Assembly (NCBI GenBank): GCA_976551045.1
Contig: CDPCPM010000106.1
Coordinates: 20,894,001 to 20,958,000, forward strand
From: Glaucostegus cemiculus
Lineage: Eukaryota
Direction of reading: 5' to 3'
Length of the DNA: 64,000 nucleotides
The notes under the pieces were generated by a model. It saw only the letters and a list, made by a program, of their open reading frames with translations. It was not told the origin of the DNA and made no database searches. Shown here in pieces: positions 1 through 12,834 of this stretch. Position 1 is the stretch's first letter; every line of letters starts with the position of its first letter. A program made the translations under genes and the position numbers.

Positions 1-1015
1 CCTTGAGGTTTTTGGACATGCCCTTGTGAGAATCACTCACAAGGACCACATCATAGGCAAAAGCAGCCAGTATTTTCTATACTGAGATGGAACCTGGACC
101 CATCGCTATCTGATGAACAGAATGTCCATCATGGTATTAAATAAGACAAAGGAAAGCAGGTCACCCTGCTTTGCCCCCCCTAACACTGGAATGGGTCTGG
201 TCCTGGCTTTTCCATTCTCAATATGAGTGTCAGAATTTGTATACATGTCATCTATTAGGTCCACAAAATGGGTATCAACCCCCATCCAACAAAGAGCTTT
301 AATAATAATCTTATGGCCGACAGAGTCAAAAGCCTTAGAAAGGTCAATAACTACAACGGCCTGCTCTTTATGATTCCTCTTGGCCTCATTTATTGAATTG
401 TTGAATATCGCAATATTCTCATTATAACCGGGGGTGACTGCAACAAATCCTTTCTGACGGCTATTAAGGACAACCGAATCCATTAGCCTTTTGCTGGAAT
501 TTTGGTAAATAGTCTTGATGGAGTCGATCCAATAGTGATCGGATGCCAGTCAATTGATTTCAAATTTTCATCGTCGTCAGACTTGGGTATTAGGACTGTC
601 CGACTGTGCTTTATGAGGGAAGGAGTCTCGAGCACCTTCACCCAAGAGCTAAACATACTGACTAACAAATTGGTGTCCATTTTGTGGACCTCAGCTATAC
701 TCAGACTGACTGATCCAGCCATTGTATCCTTTTTAAAGCCATCAGTCGCATTTGAAATCTCAGATACACTAAGATCTTGTAATAAAAATAAATCATTAGC
801 CTGGCCTAAATGGGCTAAATCTGCTAATATCAGCCTTATTATTAGTAACTACAAAACGAGATTTAAAATGTTAGCCCTGGCTAACCCTCTTCTATCCTTT
901 TTTATATCTTTCTTGCGTTACCTTGCAAACAGTCTTTTTGGCAGCATATATCTTAATAACAGAGTTAAAACCACAATTCTTTTTGGCTTTAAAATCCACC
1001 TTCCTCCTTAAAACC
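1..1015 (-). mobile_element. Decayed R2-clade (RLE-type) non-LTR retrotransposon, reverse transcriptase region; continues beyond window start
   Basis: Frameshifted peptides in R2 order: KRLFAR.QERYKKDR..LA..IL; RTVLIPKS...WHPITIGS..RLFTKI; LNSRQKGF....PGYNENI; VVVIDLSKAFDSVGH; GAKQGDLLS..LFN..MD; AAFAYDVVLVSDS (catalytic FADD mutated to FAYD). Collinear with vertebrate R2 RT proteins as recalled. Confidence 0.85.
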
Positions 1016-2651
1016 CTTATCCTTCTCTCTATTAGATATTAAAAAATCTGAGACCCTTTCTAAGTCACTGGAAAGTAAAGCAAAACCACAGGTATTGAAT
1101 TCAGATATAATTTTAACAATATGCATTGATCTCACATTTTCAAATAAAAATCATGATGCAGAGTGGGCTCCGAGCAGCAAGTAGAGCTATTAGTGACTGA
1201 GAATATCCTGAACTGTTTCTAGATGTCTCTGATCTTAAAGCTGCTCAAAAAGATTATACTAAACATATCAATAAATTTAAACTTAATACTTTTAAAAATA
1301 CTAAGACAAGAGTAAAAACTTTAAAGTGAAAATAAATAAGTAAATCACTTGCCTGCACTTACTGAACTCAGTCCCACTCAAATGAATGGAGTCTCTGTCT
1401 GAATGCTGGTCAATGCTTGCTTCAAACGGAGGAGGTGGATGCGGAGTGTATCTCTCCAGCACACCGTTGCTCCACTGCTGTACTTGTCTGGGAGGTCAGG
1501 TGCGAACACCTGAGACCTCCAGGTCTTTTTGGGGTTCTGCATTTCGCCTGGTATTTGTGGAAGTCTGAATTGAACTGAGCTGTGAATGTCTTGACAACCA
1601 TTCCCTCCAGAATTGCCAGCTGTCAATTAGCTTGATTTCAGCCCAACTAATAAGTATTACATTATTAGGGGGAGAGGGGATGGCAAATACTATTTTCAAT
1701 ACAATCCGTTGACCCTTGTTGAAAGTTGTTTTGTGACAACAGGATTAGACTTGGCTGTTGGTTCCATTCCCCCTGCATCATGTAGTTGGATATCTGCCAA
1801 CACCCACTGGAACCAACTCCAACACAGCAGTAGCATTATAGAAGACAGACACAAATTGGCCAAATAAGAACAAACTCTAATGATGACACACAGTGCTCTA
1901 ATGTTCCGATTCAAATTTGAATCCCATAATCATTAGCTGCTGATTCCAAACACACTGGTGAAAGAGAATTGAATGCACAGTCATGGTTAATGTTGGGGAT
2001 GTACTCAGTCACATCACTATAGTCACGTAAGGTTTGATGCCAGTACTGTGAAAATCATTGCCATCATCTTGGTCTATTTTGAATATCATTGTGTAATAAA
2101 TTTTCTTGCTCTTCTGTGAAAGTTCCTGCTATCAATATTTAAATGTGCACCATATGAATTTCTGGATGCAGTGCTGGATTTTTGTTGGCTTTCAGACAAA
2201 CTTGGTACTCCCACACTGCATTCTAAATGGGTTTGATTACCCAAGCAGTAACCACCTGTGTCTCTTACCTGAAGATCGCTGATTTATTATTCACCGTCAT
2301 TCTGGAACAGCTAGAGTCTTCATTAGAGCCCAAGGAAGATCTGTTTTGTCTGCCTCGTCAGCATCACTGAACCTCATCCCCAGGAGGCTTGATACAAATT
2401 AATTAACCTAATTAAAAGCACTGATTGCAGAGATGATTGGTGTGATGCTGGCGGCACTTGCACATAAGCTGTATGGGGCGGAAACGCAGCCAACTGATGT
2501 GTGACTGTGGAGACAAGACTGCAGAACTAAGCAAACCTCATTAAAGCAGACTTCATTTTACATTACTTGTTCTTTTATTTATAAATACAAAGTTTGAGCT
2601 GGTCACCAACATTTTCCACTTCAGAAAATGCTAAGTATTCAATGATGATTT

Positions 2652-3153
2652 ATAGAGTCGTAGAGCAATACAGCACAGATACAGGCCATTTGGCCCGACC
2701 AGTCTATGCTGACCACAGTGCCCATCCATCTAGTCCCGGTTTCCTTTGTTTGGCCCATATTTCTCCAAGCCTTGCCCCTGCATGTACCTATCCAAATATT
2801 TCTTAAATGATACTATTGTACCTGCCTCAACCACTTCCTCTGGCAGCTTGTTCCATATACTCACCACCCTCTGTGAAAGAGTTGCCCCTTAGGTTCCCTT
2901 TAAATCTTTCCCCTCTCATCCTAAATTTATGCCTCCTAGTTTTGGACTCCCCTCCCTGGGGAAAAGACTGTTACCATCCACCTTATTTATGCCCCTCATG
3001 ATTTTATAAACCTCTATAAGGTCACCCTTCATTCTCCTACGCTCCAAGGAATAAAGACCCAGCCAGGCCAATCTCTCCCTATAACTCAGGCCCTCTATCC
3101 TGGCAACATCCAGGCCCTTTAGTCCTGGCAACATCCTCGCAATCTTTCCTGCA
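2652..3153 (-). mobile_element. CR1-type LINE 3' fragment
   Basis: Peptide RMLPGL.GLSYRERL..LGLYSLERRRMKGDLIEVYKIMRG and a CR1-like 3' tail (GTGCTGTA..CTCTA repeats). Internal 24/25-bp tandem duplication at 3087-3135. Confidence 0.9.
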
Positions 3154-3847
3154 GATACACTGTTGTAGTACATTCCTCCTGACAATTTGCAAGTTAAGTT
3201 GCAAAGGTCACCACTTATGATTAATTCTGAACCAACTAAACAAAGTAAAACATTTTAATTTCTTGCCTGATTTTGTTTAGTCTTTAGGGTGATTAGAATT
3301 GAAGTGTAGTTTTAAAATCTACAATTAAAGATTTGAGTTAAATGCCCTTTAGTCCTTACTGACCTGCACTTGCAATGTGGTTAGATGAGGAGGTTAACAG
3401 ATAGTTAGTGACTCATTTACCTGTGTGGACCAAGCCAGGAGCTTGGATCTGTTATGTAACTGAATAGAACAGCCAATGAAGGACCTCCCACACTTTAGTA
3501 ATTCATCATTTAGCAGCTCTTTTGTGTAATTATTTTGATAAATGTGATGGTTTAACCAGAATGTAGTGTGTGAATTGATTATCATTGTAAGCAGACGACT
3601 CAGGTGAGCTGGTAGCAGTAAGTTTGCTATTTCAAAATTAGATGAATTATATTGGACAATGAAAACAACATTTCATTCCATCCTGGGAAGAGAATGTGAA
3701 AATGATAAGGATTTCCCACGTGTGATTTTCATTGAAGACATGCTGAGACAGTATTTTGTCGTTCACTGAATGTCAGCAGACTGTTCATATGCGAGAGGCT
3801 GCAGGATCTGATTTCCACCATCATGGCAATTGCAGGGACCTTTGAGA

Positions 3848-4140
3848 TGGCACAGTGACACAGCTAGCTGCTGCCGTTCAGTTCAGAAACTCAGCTTCAA
3901 TCTTTATCTCTGATACTGTGTGTGGAGTTTGCATGTTCTCCCTGTGATCTTGCGTGTTTCCACTGGATGCTCTGGTCCTAAAAATATGTGAGTTGGACAG
4001 TTAATTGGACACTGTGAATTGCCTTAGCGTGTAGATGAATAGTGGAACCTGGGGACAGTTGATAGTTAAAATGGGTGCTTGATGATCCATTCAGACTCAG
4101 TAGACCAAAGACCCTAATTCCATGCTGTATCTGTGACTCA
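3848..4140 (+). mobile_element. tRNA-derived V-SINE (HE1-like) with CR1-type tail
   Basis: Degenerate A/B-box head, V-domain-like TGTGGAGTTTGCATGTTCTCCCTGTG..GTTTCC..GGATGCTCTGGT, TTAATTGG..ACTGT, tail ending ATGCTGTATCTGTGACTC. Confidence 0.8.
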
Positions 4141-4289
4141 GTTAGATGGTAGATGTTTCATTCCCCTGCGTAGGTTAATTGGCTGAGTAGGTTATGCCTA
4201 TACTTATTGATGTACAGCAGCACGAGAGGCGATGTTATTGAAGCATTTAAGATGCTGAATGATGATTATGCCATAAGTGCTATGAGTGA

Positions 4290-5035
4290 GCCAAGATGGT
4301 ACAGAAAATTGGAATACTCCTGACCAAAAGAGGTCAAATGCAAGAGGAAAGTAGAAAGTAAATGACAGGACCCTTCGGAGCATTGGTGAAGAGGGATCTT
4401 GGGGTGTAAATCCATATCTCCCTGTAAGTGGCAACACTAGTGGATAGGGTGGTAAAGGCGTACAGCATGCTTGCCTTCATCAGTCGGGGCATTGAGTATA
4501 AACATTGGCAAATCATGTGCATGGTTGGGTCACATTTGGAGTATTGTGTGCAGTTCTGGTCGACACTCTATAGGAATGATGTGGAGGCTCTGGAAAGGTT
4601 GCTGAAGAGGTTCACAGAATGTTGCTCAGCTTGCAGTCATAAGGAGAGGTTGGCCAAGCGTGGATAGTTTTCTCTGAAGCATTGGAGGCTGAGGGGTGAC
4701 CTGAGAGAAGAATATATGAGAAGAATTTATGAGAGGATAGCTAATCAGTTCTTCACTCAGGGTGGAAATGTCAAATACTAGAGGGCATAGGTTTGAGATG
4801 GGAAGGGGAAAATTTAAAGATTTGTGAAGCAAGAATTTTTTTACACAGAGTGGTGGTAGGTGTCTGGAACGCACTGCCAGGGGAGTAATGTTTAAGAAGG
4901 ATTTAGACAGACACATGAAGAGGCAAGGAATGGAGGGATATAAACCATGTGCAGGCAGTCGGGATTAGTTAGACTGGCAACATGGTTGTCACAAACAGTG
5001 AGCCAATGAGCCTGTTCCTGTGCTGTTCTATGTTC
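4290..5035 (+). mobile_element. CR1-type LINE 3' fragment
   Basis: Peptides VDRVVKAYSMLAFISRGIEYK and HLEYCVQFWS..YRNDVEALER; tail CCTGTTCCTGTGCTGTTCTATGTTC. Confidence 0.9.
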
Positions 5036-5560
5036 AAGCTTTTTATTAGTTATCGAGAGATCACCTAATCAAGGATGTTGTAAGCTGGGAGCCAAAAATA
5101 AATTGACGATTAACTGCAATGTTGCCTGTCTGAAAAACTAACCTGTGTTGAAAGAAACTTGGGTTATATTCCCTGAAGATATGAGGTTAAGTGCTTGTTT
5201 AAAATTATGGTGGTAGTGGACAAGGTATTCAGAGAATGATCTCTCTGTTCAGTAAAGGAACAAACAAAGGACTTGTATCATTTTATCTCCATTACCTTCC
5301 TGATAATAGTAGTCATTCAGTGTTATTGTATTTGGAAAGTAGACTCAAGTAATTATTAAAAAGAGATTACATGTTCTACAAACATCTTGCAGTGCAAAAC
5401 AAATATCAGAGTGGTGCATAGGTGGAAGTGTAGCACCATCTCAATTACAGCAGCAAGAAGAGAGATATAGTACTATTGTAACAGAGTGGAGTACAGCATG
5501 CTGAAAAGTAATGTGGGGAAAGCTTTATCTTCATCTCTTCCATGTAGAAGCATCCAAAGT

Positions 5561-5735
5561 GAAAACAGTAAGTGTTGGAAAACGCAGCAGGTCAAGCAGA
5601 ACATTAAGAGTTTTGATGAAGGGTCATAGACCTGAAACATTACCTCAGTTTCTTCCTCCACAGATGCTGCCAGACCCTCTGAGAATTTCTAGCATTTTCT
5701 GTTTTATTTCAGATTTCTGACATCTGCAGTTTTCT
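5561..5735. mobile_element. Penelope-type terminal repeat, inverted pair, with hammerhead-like core
   Basis: Left arm AAAACAGTAAGTGTTGGAAAACGCAGCAGGTCAAGCAG is the reverse complement of right arm CTGCCAGACCCTCTGAGAATTTCTAGCATTTTCTGTTTT. Core TTGATGA-AGGGTC-ATA-GACCT-GAAAC at 5613-5638. Confidence 0.65.
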
Positions 5736-8421
5736 TAAAGCTTTTCAATGAGGAGCATCCAAATCTTTGTGTGTAAACTTCTATTAACATCATCATCCTA
5801 CAGTCCTTATAATGTCCTAGTTACAATCAAGTTGAAAGCTGGAACGCACTTTGAAACATGCATTCCTGAACGTTGCTCTGTGTATGCAATGTCCTGGGAT
5901 ATGTTAATAAAATGTGACTTAGTGTTTAGCACTTTGGAGGCAGCTGGTTGGGCAAGGATCTAATTTGCAGTGTACATGCCAGTCTGAACTTTGTAACCCT
6001 GATCTCAAACAAAAAATGGGTCATTGGCTAGAATACAGAGAACAAGAGAGTTCTCTTTGTGCAATTGTTGTACAATAAGTTAAAGAAGTAAAGAATAATG
6101 TAATGAAAGCTTCAGCCTGTGCGTGATTGGCTTTATGTACAGTAATGAATTTGAACTTGCCTCAAGAGATAATGTTTCCTTCTAGTCCACTGCCATCCAC
6201 CTACACAAGGGTCCAGCACATAATATTTCAAAACAAGCCCTCATTCTTTCAATTTTCTCAAATCAAAATGCCTCTCTTTTCAGTATAATTGTCACATGTA
6301 TTAAGAGATAATGTGGTATGTCTTATTACAACCCACACTCATTGCAGTAAACAGCTGAAGTCTGCACGAGCCAGGTCACAAGGCTGCATACTTTTTATAA
6401 GTCATCTTTTGTGTGTGTGACTATTATTCCTACAGAATGCATCTTGTGTTATCTTTGAACCAGAGGAAAAGCTCTAAACTATAACCTACACCTCCAGTCC
6501 ATTTTTACTGGCTTACATTAATGCAAACTCTTTGATGTGTTAGTGTTTGTACCAATGTTGTTTGGTCAGATCCACATGGGCAGAATTCATTACCTTTTCA
6601 AGGATTTGGATTGGTAGAAAGTTGGATCCTGTGAAGTTTTTAGTTGTAAAATAAACTCTTACAGTTTTGAAATACATCATCCAATCTGTAATGCCAATAG
6701 GTTAATGGCAAATCCAGAGAAATTCTAGCCTCCATAAGTTTGTCAGTTTAAAGATAGTGAAGTATTAGTGAAAGCTCATCATGATATTAACCATCTTATT
6801 TAAAATAATTTCTTAATGTAAAAATGTTAAAATAAACTCCATTTTTGTCTGAATTTGCCTTCAATTTTATCAGTTTTTCACCTTTCTTGCCATGTGATAC
6901 ATTTTTTCCCCCCATATTACTCCTACTTCCTCCCGTTCCAATTATTTTGGAAATACAGCAATTAAGAATACTTTTTAGCTAACTGAAACCTTATAAGTTA
7001 ATGTAGATGTAGACAGGGTGTATACATGACCATCGAAATGTGTCAACAATGGTTTACATTTTTATGGAAACTATTAACATTTTGTCACGGGGCATTATCA
7101 GCACAGACTTTTCCCAAAAGTAGAAATAAATGCTTCTAAGTGGAAACATGCATATGTGGTTCATATATAGTTGTCATTTTTTTTTACATCCAAAAATTTC
7201 TTGCAGTTTGTTCAAACTAGAAAATGGCCAGGATGATGTAATGGCAGCGATTAACTGGAGAAATGAGCAATACTTTCCTTCAGATATCTGTGCCACTATA
7301 TGTGATGCTATTTCTAAATCAGAACCAGAGAGAGAACAGCAAATATGAAGGCAAGCTCTGTAATTACTTCAGAAATCAGAAAGTTGGCTACTAGTTATCC
7401 TCAATATTTCTAATTATCATATTGGCATTGAACTTCCATACAGCTCTGGTGCCAGGGTCTTAACCACATTTCCCTATAGAAGTCCCAGTTTTCAGGCTGC
7501 ACTGGGCCTATGCCAGTGGCAAAATCTTCCACTCTGCCAGAAGTGCCTCAGTGCACTCCTTATGGTTAAGCCTGGTACGACCATAGATGATGACTTGAAA
7601 TGAATGGGAGGAAGTACCCGCCAGGAGACAGGTAAGTTGAACTACTTTTTATAACTTATTTATTAGTTTCAGTGGTTTTACTCATCTAAAGTTTTTCTAG
7701 GGTTTAGTAATTAAAAAAAATTATTATTTATTAAGGCACCATATTTTATCAAATGTCTTTGGTGTTTATATTCATTTAAAGGACGACACTGGCAGCTGGT
7801 GAGCCGAGGGACAAGGCTTCACTGTCTGACAAAGCCTTTATGAGAGTGCAGCAGGTCAGACTCAGCCACACCATCCTGTTGGGGGCTGGATTCCCCGGAT
7901 TATGTCGGGGACAGCTGGGTCAGGCAATGCAACTCACTGGCAGGCAGCCAGTGATTTTGGAACAATAAGAAGCCAGTCGATTGGAAGAAAACTTTTAACA
8001 GATTGAAACGGATAAATGTAAAGGTAAAGGGAGAGTTTCCACTCCATGCCCAAACCTTTATCCCCTGTTCATCTTAGTGACTTCTCATCAAATTAACATT
8101 ACATAATAATGAACACCAAATATAGAGCATTACTATTCAATAGAAAAACAGCAGATATCTTCCACCATCTTATTTGTTTGTCCATAGGTGCATTTTTAAT
8201 GTCTACCCTTTCAAAGATACCTTACAGGAAATGCTGACCAGAATGCTCAGTACATATTTGATTCAGGAACATCATCAGTTTGAGGTTAATGATTTTCATT
8301 ACTAAGTTGCATTTTTAATTTTCAGACTATTTTTGTCTTTTCTTTAAAGATTGCAAAGTAAAGCCTGCACATTCCTAATAATGAGTGTTGTATATAACAA
8401 AGTGAAAAATCCATAATACAA

Positions 8422-8515
8422 CCAGAAAAATGCTGGAAACATTCAGCAGATCAAGCAGCATTTGTGGAAAGACAAACAGAGCTAACATTTCCAGCCTGAA
8501 ACTCCTTGTCTGAAA
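8422..8515 (-). mobile_element. Penelope-type terminal repeat fragment (same family as 5561-5735)
   Basis: Reverse complement reads GAAATGTTAGCTCTGTTTGTCTTTCCACAAATGCTGCTTGATCTGCTGAATGTTTCCAGCATTTTTCTG. Confidence 0.65.
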
Positions 8516-9011
8516 GATCCATAACCCATTCAAGAGTTGAATTCCTTCTATTATAATTGTAGCCCTTCTGAAAAGTACAAGTTCATTATCAGCTGTGACT
8601 TACAGTATTAGACCAGGTATGCAAGTCTGGTGCAGCCAGTTGAGCAACCTGAGGAGAATCCCAGTTCACAGACAATTAATGGTCATGTAAAGGGGAAGCT
8701 TAGTGGGGTTAAGAAGGAAACCAAATCGAACAGATTTAGGAAAGGTCTCCACATTCTCTTTGGCAAACAAGAAGCCCACATAACACAAGAACTGACATAA
8801 CTACGTTTTCTGTTAATGCTGCATTGTCTTTAACCACAATCAATGGACAGGGCATGGATGAGATAGGGTGGAAGGTACCGCTTTGTGCAGTACATGCTTC
8901 TATGATTCTGTGATACTTGCACAAGACTGGTTCGGGATGACACTTCAATGTTTCACTTCCTTCCTGAGCTATTAGCCTTTCTTGTAACAGGGGATATCAG
9001 TGTAAAGAATT

Positions 9012-9309
9012 AGATTTAGATATCTTTATTAGTCACATGTACATTGAAACACACAATGAAAGACATCTTTTGTGTAGTGTTTGGGGACAGCCTGCAAGTG
9101 TCGCCATGATTCCAGTGCCAACATAGCATGCCCACAACTTCCTAACCTGTACGTCTTTGCGAATGTGGGAGGAAACCGGAGCACCCGGAGGAAACCCATG
9201 CAGACACATGGGGAGAATGTACAAACTCCTTACAGACAGTGGCCGGAATTGAACCCAGGTCACTGGCGCTGTAATAGTGTTACGCTAACTGCTATACTAT
9301 TGTGCCTGC
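9012..9309 (-). mobile_element. Young tRNA-derived V-SINE with Rex1-like tail
   Basis: Near reverse-complement of 37053-37335: B-box GGTTCAATTCC, V-domain-like GTTTCCTCCGGGTGCTCCGGTTTCCTCCCAC, tail GTACATGTGACTAATAAAG. Confidence 0.9.
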
Positions 9310-10239
9310 AATTTCATCCCGTGATAACACTCAGTAGGTTACCACACCAATTTAACCATTCTTGCCAATAGTTCCAGAGTTATATCTAATTGAATATTGC
9401 ATCTAATAAAAAATGCACAACTCTGTTCAGGCAGGGTGACTTAAGGGAGCACTGACATATTGAACAGGAAATGTAAAGCTTTATCACACTCCAATGAATC
9501 CTGTATATTTACTTCTTGAAAATACACACTTGCATGTTTGCTTTGTTGCATTGTGAGCAAAGATGTATTGTTTGCACAGTGTATGCAATGCATACATTGG
9601 AAGGTTAAAAATACAAAAAAAGATTTAAAAATATCAACCATTCGATTGGAATTGCTGATATATTGATTGAAAACTCAAGTTTTTTCATCACTGGGAAAAT
9701 GTGAGATATCGTGACAGGGACAACCCTGGTTAAGTAACCTTCTCAAAGTTGGAGCATCTGGCACTGTTTTGCTTCTTTCCCTCCCCAAAGGTTCAATACA
9801 GCCTGATAATCCCTTATAATGCCAGCATGCTTAACTCCAGAGGAACTGCAACTGCATCTGAAATTAAAATCAAGCCAAAATCTTAAAAGAGCTCACTTAA
9901 TAAATTCTTCCTGAACTACATGATATATTTTCAGTTTCTAGCACAGGCGAATCGGGCTGATGTCTTTCTTTGTCCATACTGCTTAAACTTTTTTCTTAAA
10001 GTACTTACTGGACAAGATGATGCTTAATAAAAAGCAAACAACTTGAACTGGAGGATATCCTAGAAATTACAATCTCTTGATTCCTTTCAGGAAGCCAACC
10101 TACCGTGGTGATTTGTTGCAAGCTGCTCTCTACAGATCTTCTCATTACCTTTACTATAATCATTCTACCCTTTTAAATTTAAATTCTATGTCACTTACTA
10201 TTACTAATAACGTTCTTTTAAATCTTCTTACAGGGCTGG

Positions 10240-10440
10240 TGACCTGCAGTGCACATTCTCTGTAGCTGTGTCACTTTACTGTGTACTTTTACTGTTTTTA
10301 CCTGTACTACCTCAATGCACTCTGTACTAACTCAATGTAACTGCACTGTGTAATGACTTGATTTGTACGATCGGTATGCAAGACAAGTTTTTCACTGTAC
10401 CTCGGTGCAATTGACAATAATAAACCAATACCAATACCAG
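10240..10440 (+). mobile_element. 3' UTR fragment of the Rex1/Babar-type LINE seen at 21945-22755
   Basis: Closely matches 22540-22750 and ends in AATAAACCAATACCAATACC. Confidence 0.9.
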
Positions 10441-10589
10441 TAGAAATTCCTGTAGCAATAAGGTGAAGCAAGAGACTTCCCACATGAGGCTAGAATCACC
10501 ATGCCCTTGATTTGTCTTGTTTCCCTCACAGACACACATGCACAAAAATATCATGCAGTTTTTTTTCCTTGGACAAACCGCTCTATCAG

Positions 10590-10900
10590 TACCCAGGGTG
10601 ACATTCCAGCTGAAGGAATGCTGCACCATTGGAAGATCACATGGTCAGATGAGACATTAAACTGACCCTGTCTGTCCACATGAATGGACATCAAAGATCC
10701 CATGGCATTATTTTAAAAGATTACAGTTATTCCAGTGTTCTAAAGTATACTTATCCCTCTCTCAATATTAAATCATTATCCTGTCTTTCCTGTTTGTGGG
10801 AGCTTGCTGTGCAAAAAATTGGTACTTTATGGCAATAACACACTTCATACATACTTCATTAGCTGTAACATGCTTCGAGATGTCTTGATAGAGGCACATC
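10590..10900 (+). mobile_element. Deu-domain SINE (SacSINE1/AmnSINE-like), old copy
   Basis: GAAGGAATGCTGCACCATTGGA..CAGATGAGACATTAAAC..GGACATCAAAGATCCCATGGCATTATTT..TGTTTGTGGGAGCTTGCTGTGCA; shared with 28930-29275 and 35645-36025. Confidence 0.75.
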
Positions 10901-12383
10901 CAATGTTTTATGCATGGAACTCCTTCCTTAGGTGTATGTTTGTGTGAGTATGGGTCTGGATAAGAAATCCAAAGGGTGGGGATTATCAGCAAGGGATAAC
11001 AAGATGAGTACAAGCAAGACAAGATTCACAAACCTTGCAATAGATTAGTGGACTAATAGGTAATAGGGTTCCTCTGAAAAAATCCTTTCTGACGGGTAAT
11101 AACTTTATGCAGATTTTAATAGACATTTTGAATGGTATACTTCATGCTGTGTAGGAACTGGAAAGGAAACCAGAAAATTAAAAGCTGTATTATAATAAAT
11201 TATACTTCAGTTGCTAATGAAACTCTGACAGGTTTTTGGGTGAGAATGAACAACTGTGGCAGAAAGCCAAACCTGACAAGTTACAGGAGCCATGGTTTCT
11301 AAATCATTATTTTGCTGTCCTTGCTTTACTTTGACCAAGGATTTGCTGATCAAAATGTTAACATATTGAACTAAGGTCCAGCCCACCTTGTATACCTCAC
11401 AAGCACTTAATGTTCATTGAACATTACAAGCATTTAAAGTTTCCCAGGTATGGTGTGTTGCAATCTTCTTCTGCACAAGTCTCTAAGTCACATTCGTTCT
11501 CCGTTACAATGAACATTTTTATACCAGAGCATAGATCCCTGACACAATAAGCTGTACTAAAGATTATAGTTTGATACTAATGAATAGCAGAGACAAAAAT
11601 ATAAATCAATTTCCATTAAGCTTGTACTCCCAGTAGAAGAAAATGTTTTTAAAAGAAGACTTTGCAAACTGAATGAATTGGCAAATTGAGGGTGTGGAAC
11701 TCAGTTGTCAGAATTAAAACCGGTTTCACTAATGTACCAGCTTAACATTGAAGACTTCCCAAAGGGGGAAGGAATAATAAATCAAAGCCCCAGAGGAGTG
11801 GATGACAAGGCAAAGTAGGAGAGCTTGGGGAGGTTACCGAAACTCACTCAGAAAGGAGTTTGTAAATTCTTGTGATTTCCAATGTCAAACTTAGATTTGA
11901 GTTCTTTGACTGTAACCCATAGCTGAACAAAGAACACTGAGCAACATTTAAATAGATCCACATCAAGACAAGTTTCCCAAAACCTATTCCAGGGCTAAAG
12001 TATTGTTTATAATGGGAATTTCTATACACACTTACTGAAAGCCTGCTTTAGAACAATGCCTTTGACACTTCATTCATTTAAAACAAATAATTCCCTAAAC
12101 TCTTCTGTTGCTGGTTGAAATGAATGGCTGCTTGTCTTCAGCTATGTAATTAGGTGGGAGCGTTGTAACATCTCTGAATGCATCACAGCAATTGAATCTA
12201 CAATGAGCTGCTACCAAAATAAAGATTGATACAACTGACCTGCACAGATTGAATGTGTAGTCCTGGTTCACATTAAAAATGGCATGATATGAATATTTTA
12301 AGATGCACTGAGCATAACATATATACATTATCATGACCACACTGTAACAACTGCTTTCTCTCATCTGACTCTCTGTCCTGGAA

Positions 12384-12510
12384 CTCTGAAGAAGAAAGGT
12401 CACTGAACAGAAATATTGCTTCTCTTTCCTTTTCATGGGTGCTGCCTGACTCGATGAATGTTCCAGAATTTTTCTGTTGTTATTTCTCTCCTCATGTGAA
12501 GATGCTGACT
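12384..12510 (+). mobile_element. Penelope-type terminal repeat fragment
   Basis: CTGAAGA at 12386, GAAATATT at 12410, then GCTGCCTGACTCGATGAATGTTCCAGAATTTTTCTGTT. Confidence 0.55.
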
Positions 12511-12834
12511 TATACTGGGTTCTGTTTGCACAGGTGATACCAACATTCCAGTGTCTCACCCCGCGTAAAACTCAACAGTGACTTTTGACAGGCTACAGGC
12601 AAACTTTTCTCCACCTGATATTGCCAAGTGTTGAATTTGCCAAGATGGCGTGGTTGAGGTGTGGGAGGTGCAGAGGGGGCAGACAACTGAACTTGACATT
12701 TTTCAGTGGTTCAGTGTGGGAGCCAGTCTAGCTAACACACACATACACACACACTTTTTACCTTCAGTGGCTTAAAGCCACATCGCTTGTTCCACTTCCT
12801 TACAGAGTTATGTGGAAAAGATGTAATCTCTCAT

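Noticed and set aside
502-1011. 169-aa plus-strand ORF
   Set aside because: Antisense to the R2 RT relic; no independent coding signal.
1378-1700. Possible R2 N-terminal zinc-finger/Myb remnants
   Set aside because: Only vague similarity (WAEIKL, VC..HL); cannot be supported by eye, so excluded from the R2 call.
12095-12559. 154-aa minus-strand ORF and the many 60-115 aa ORFs elsewhere
   Set aside because: No domain similarity, many non-ATG starts, overlap with repeats; consistent with random ORFs.
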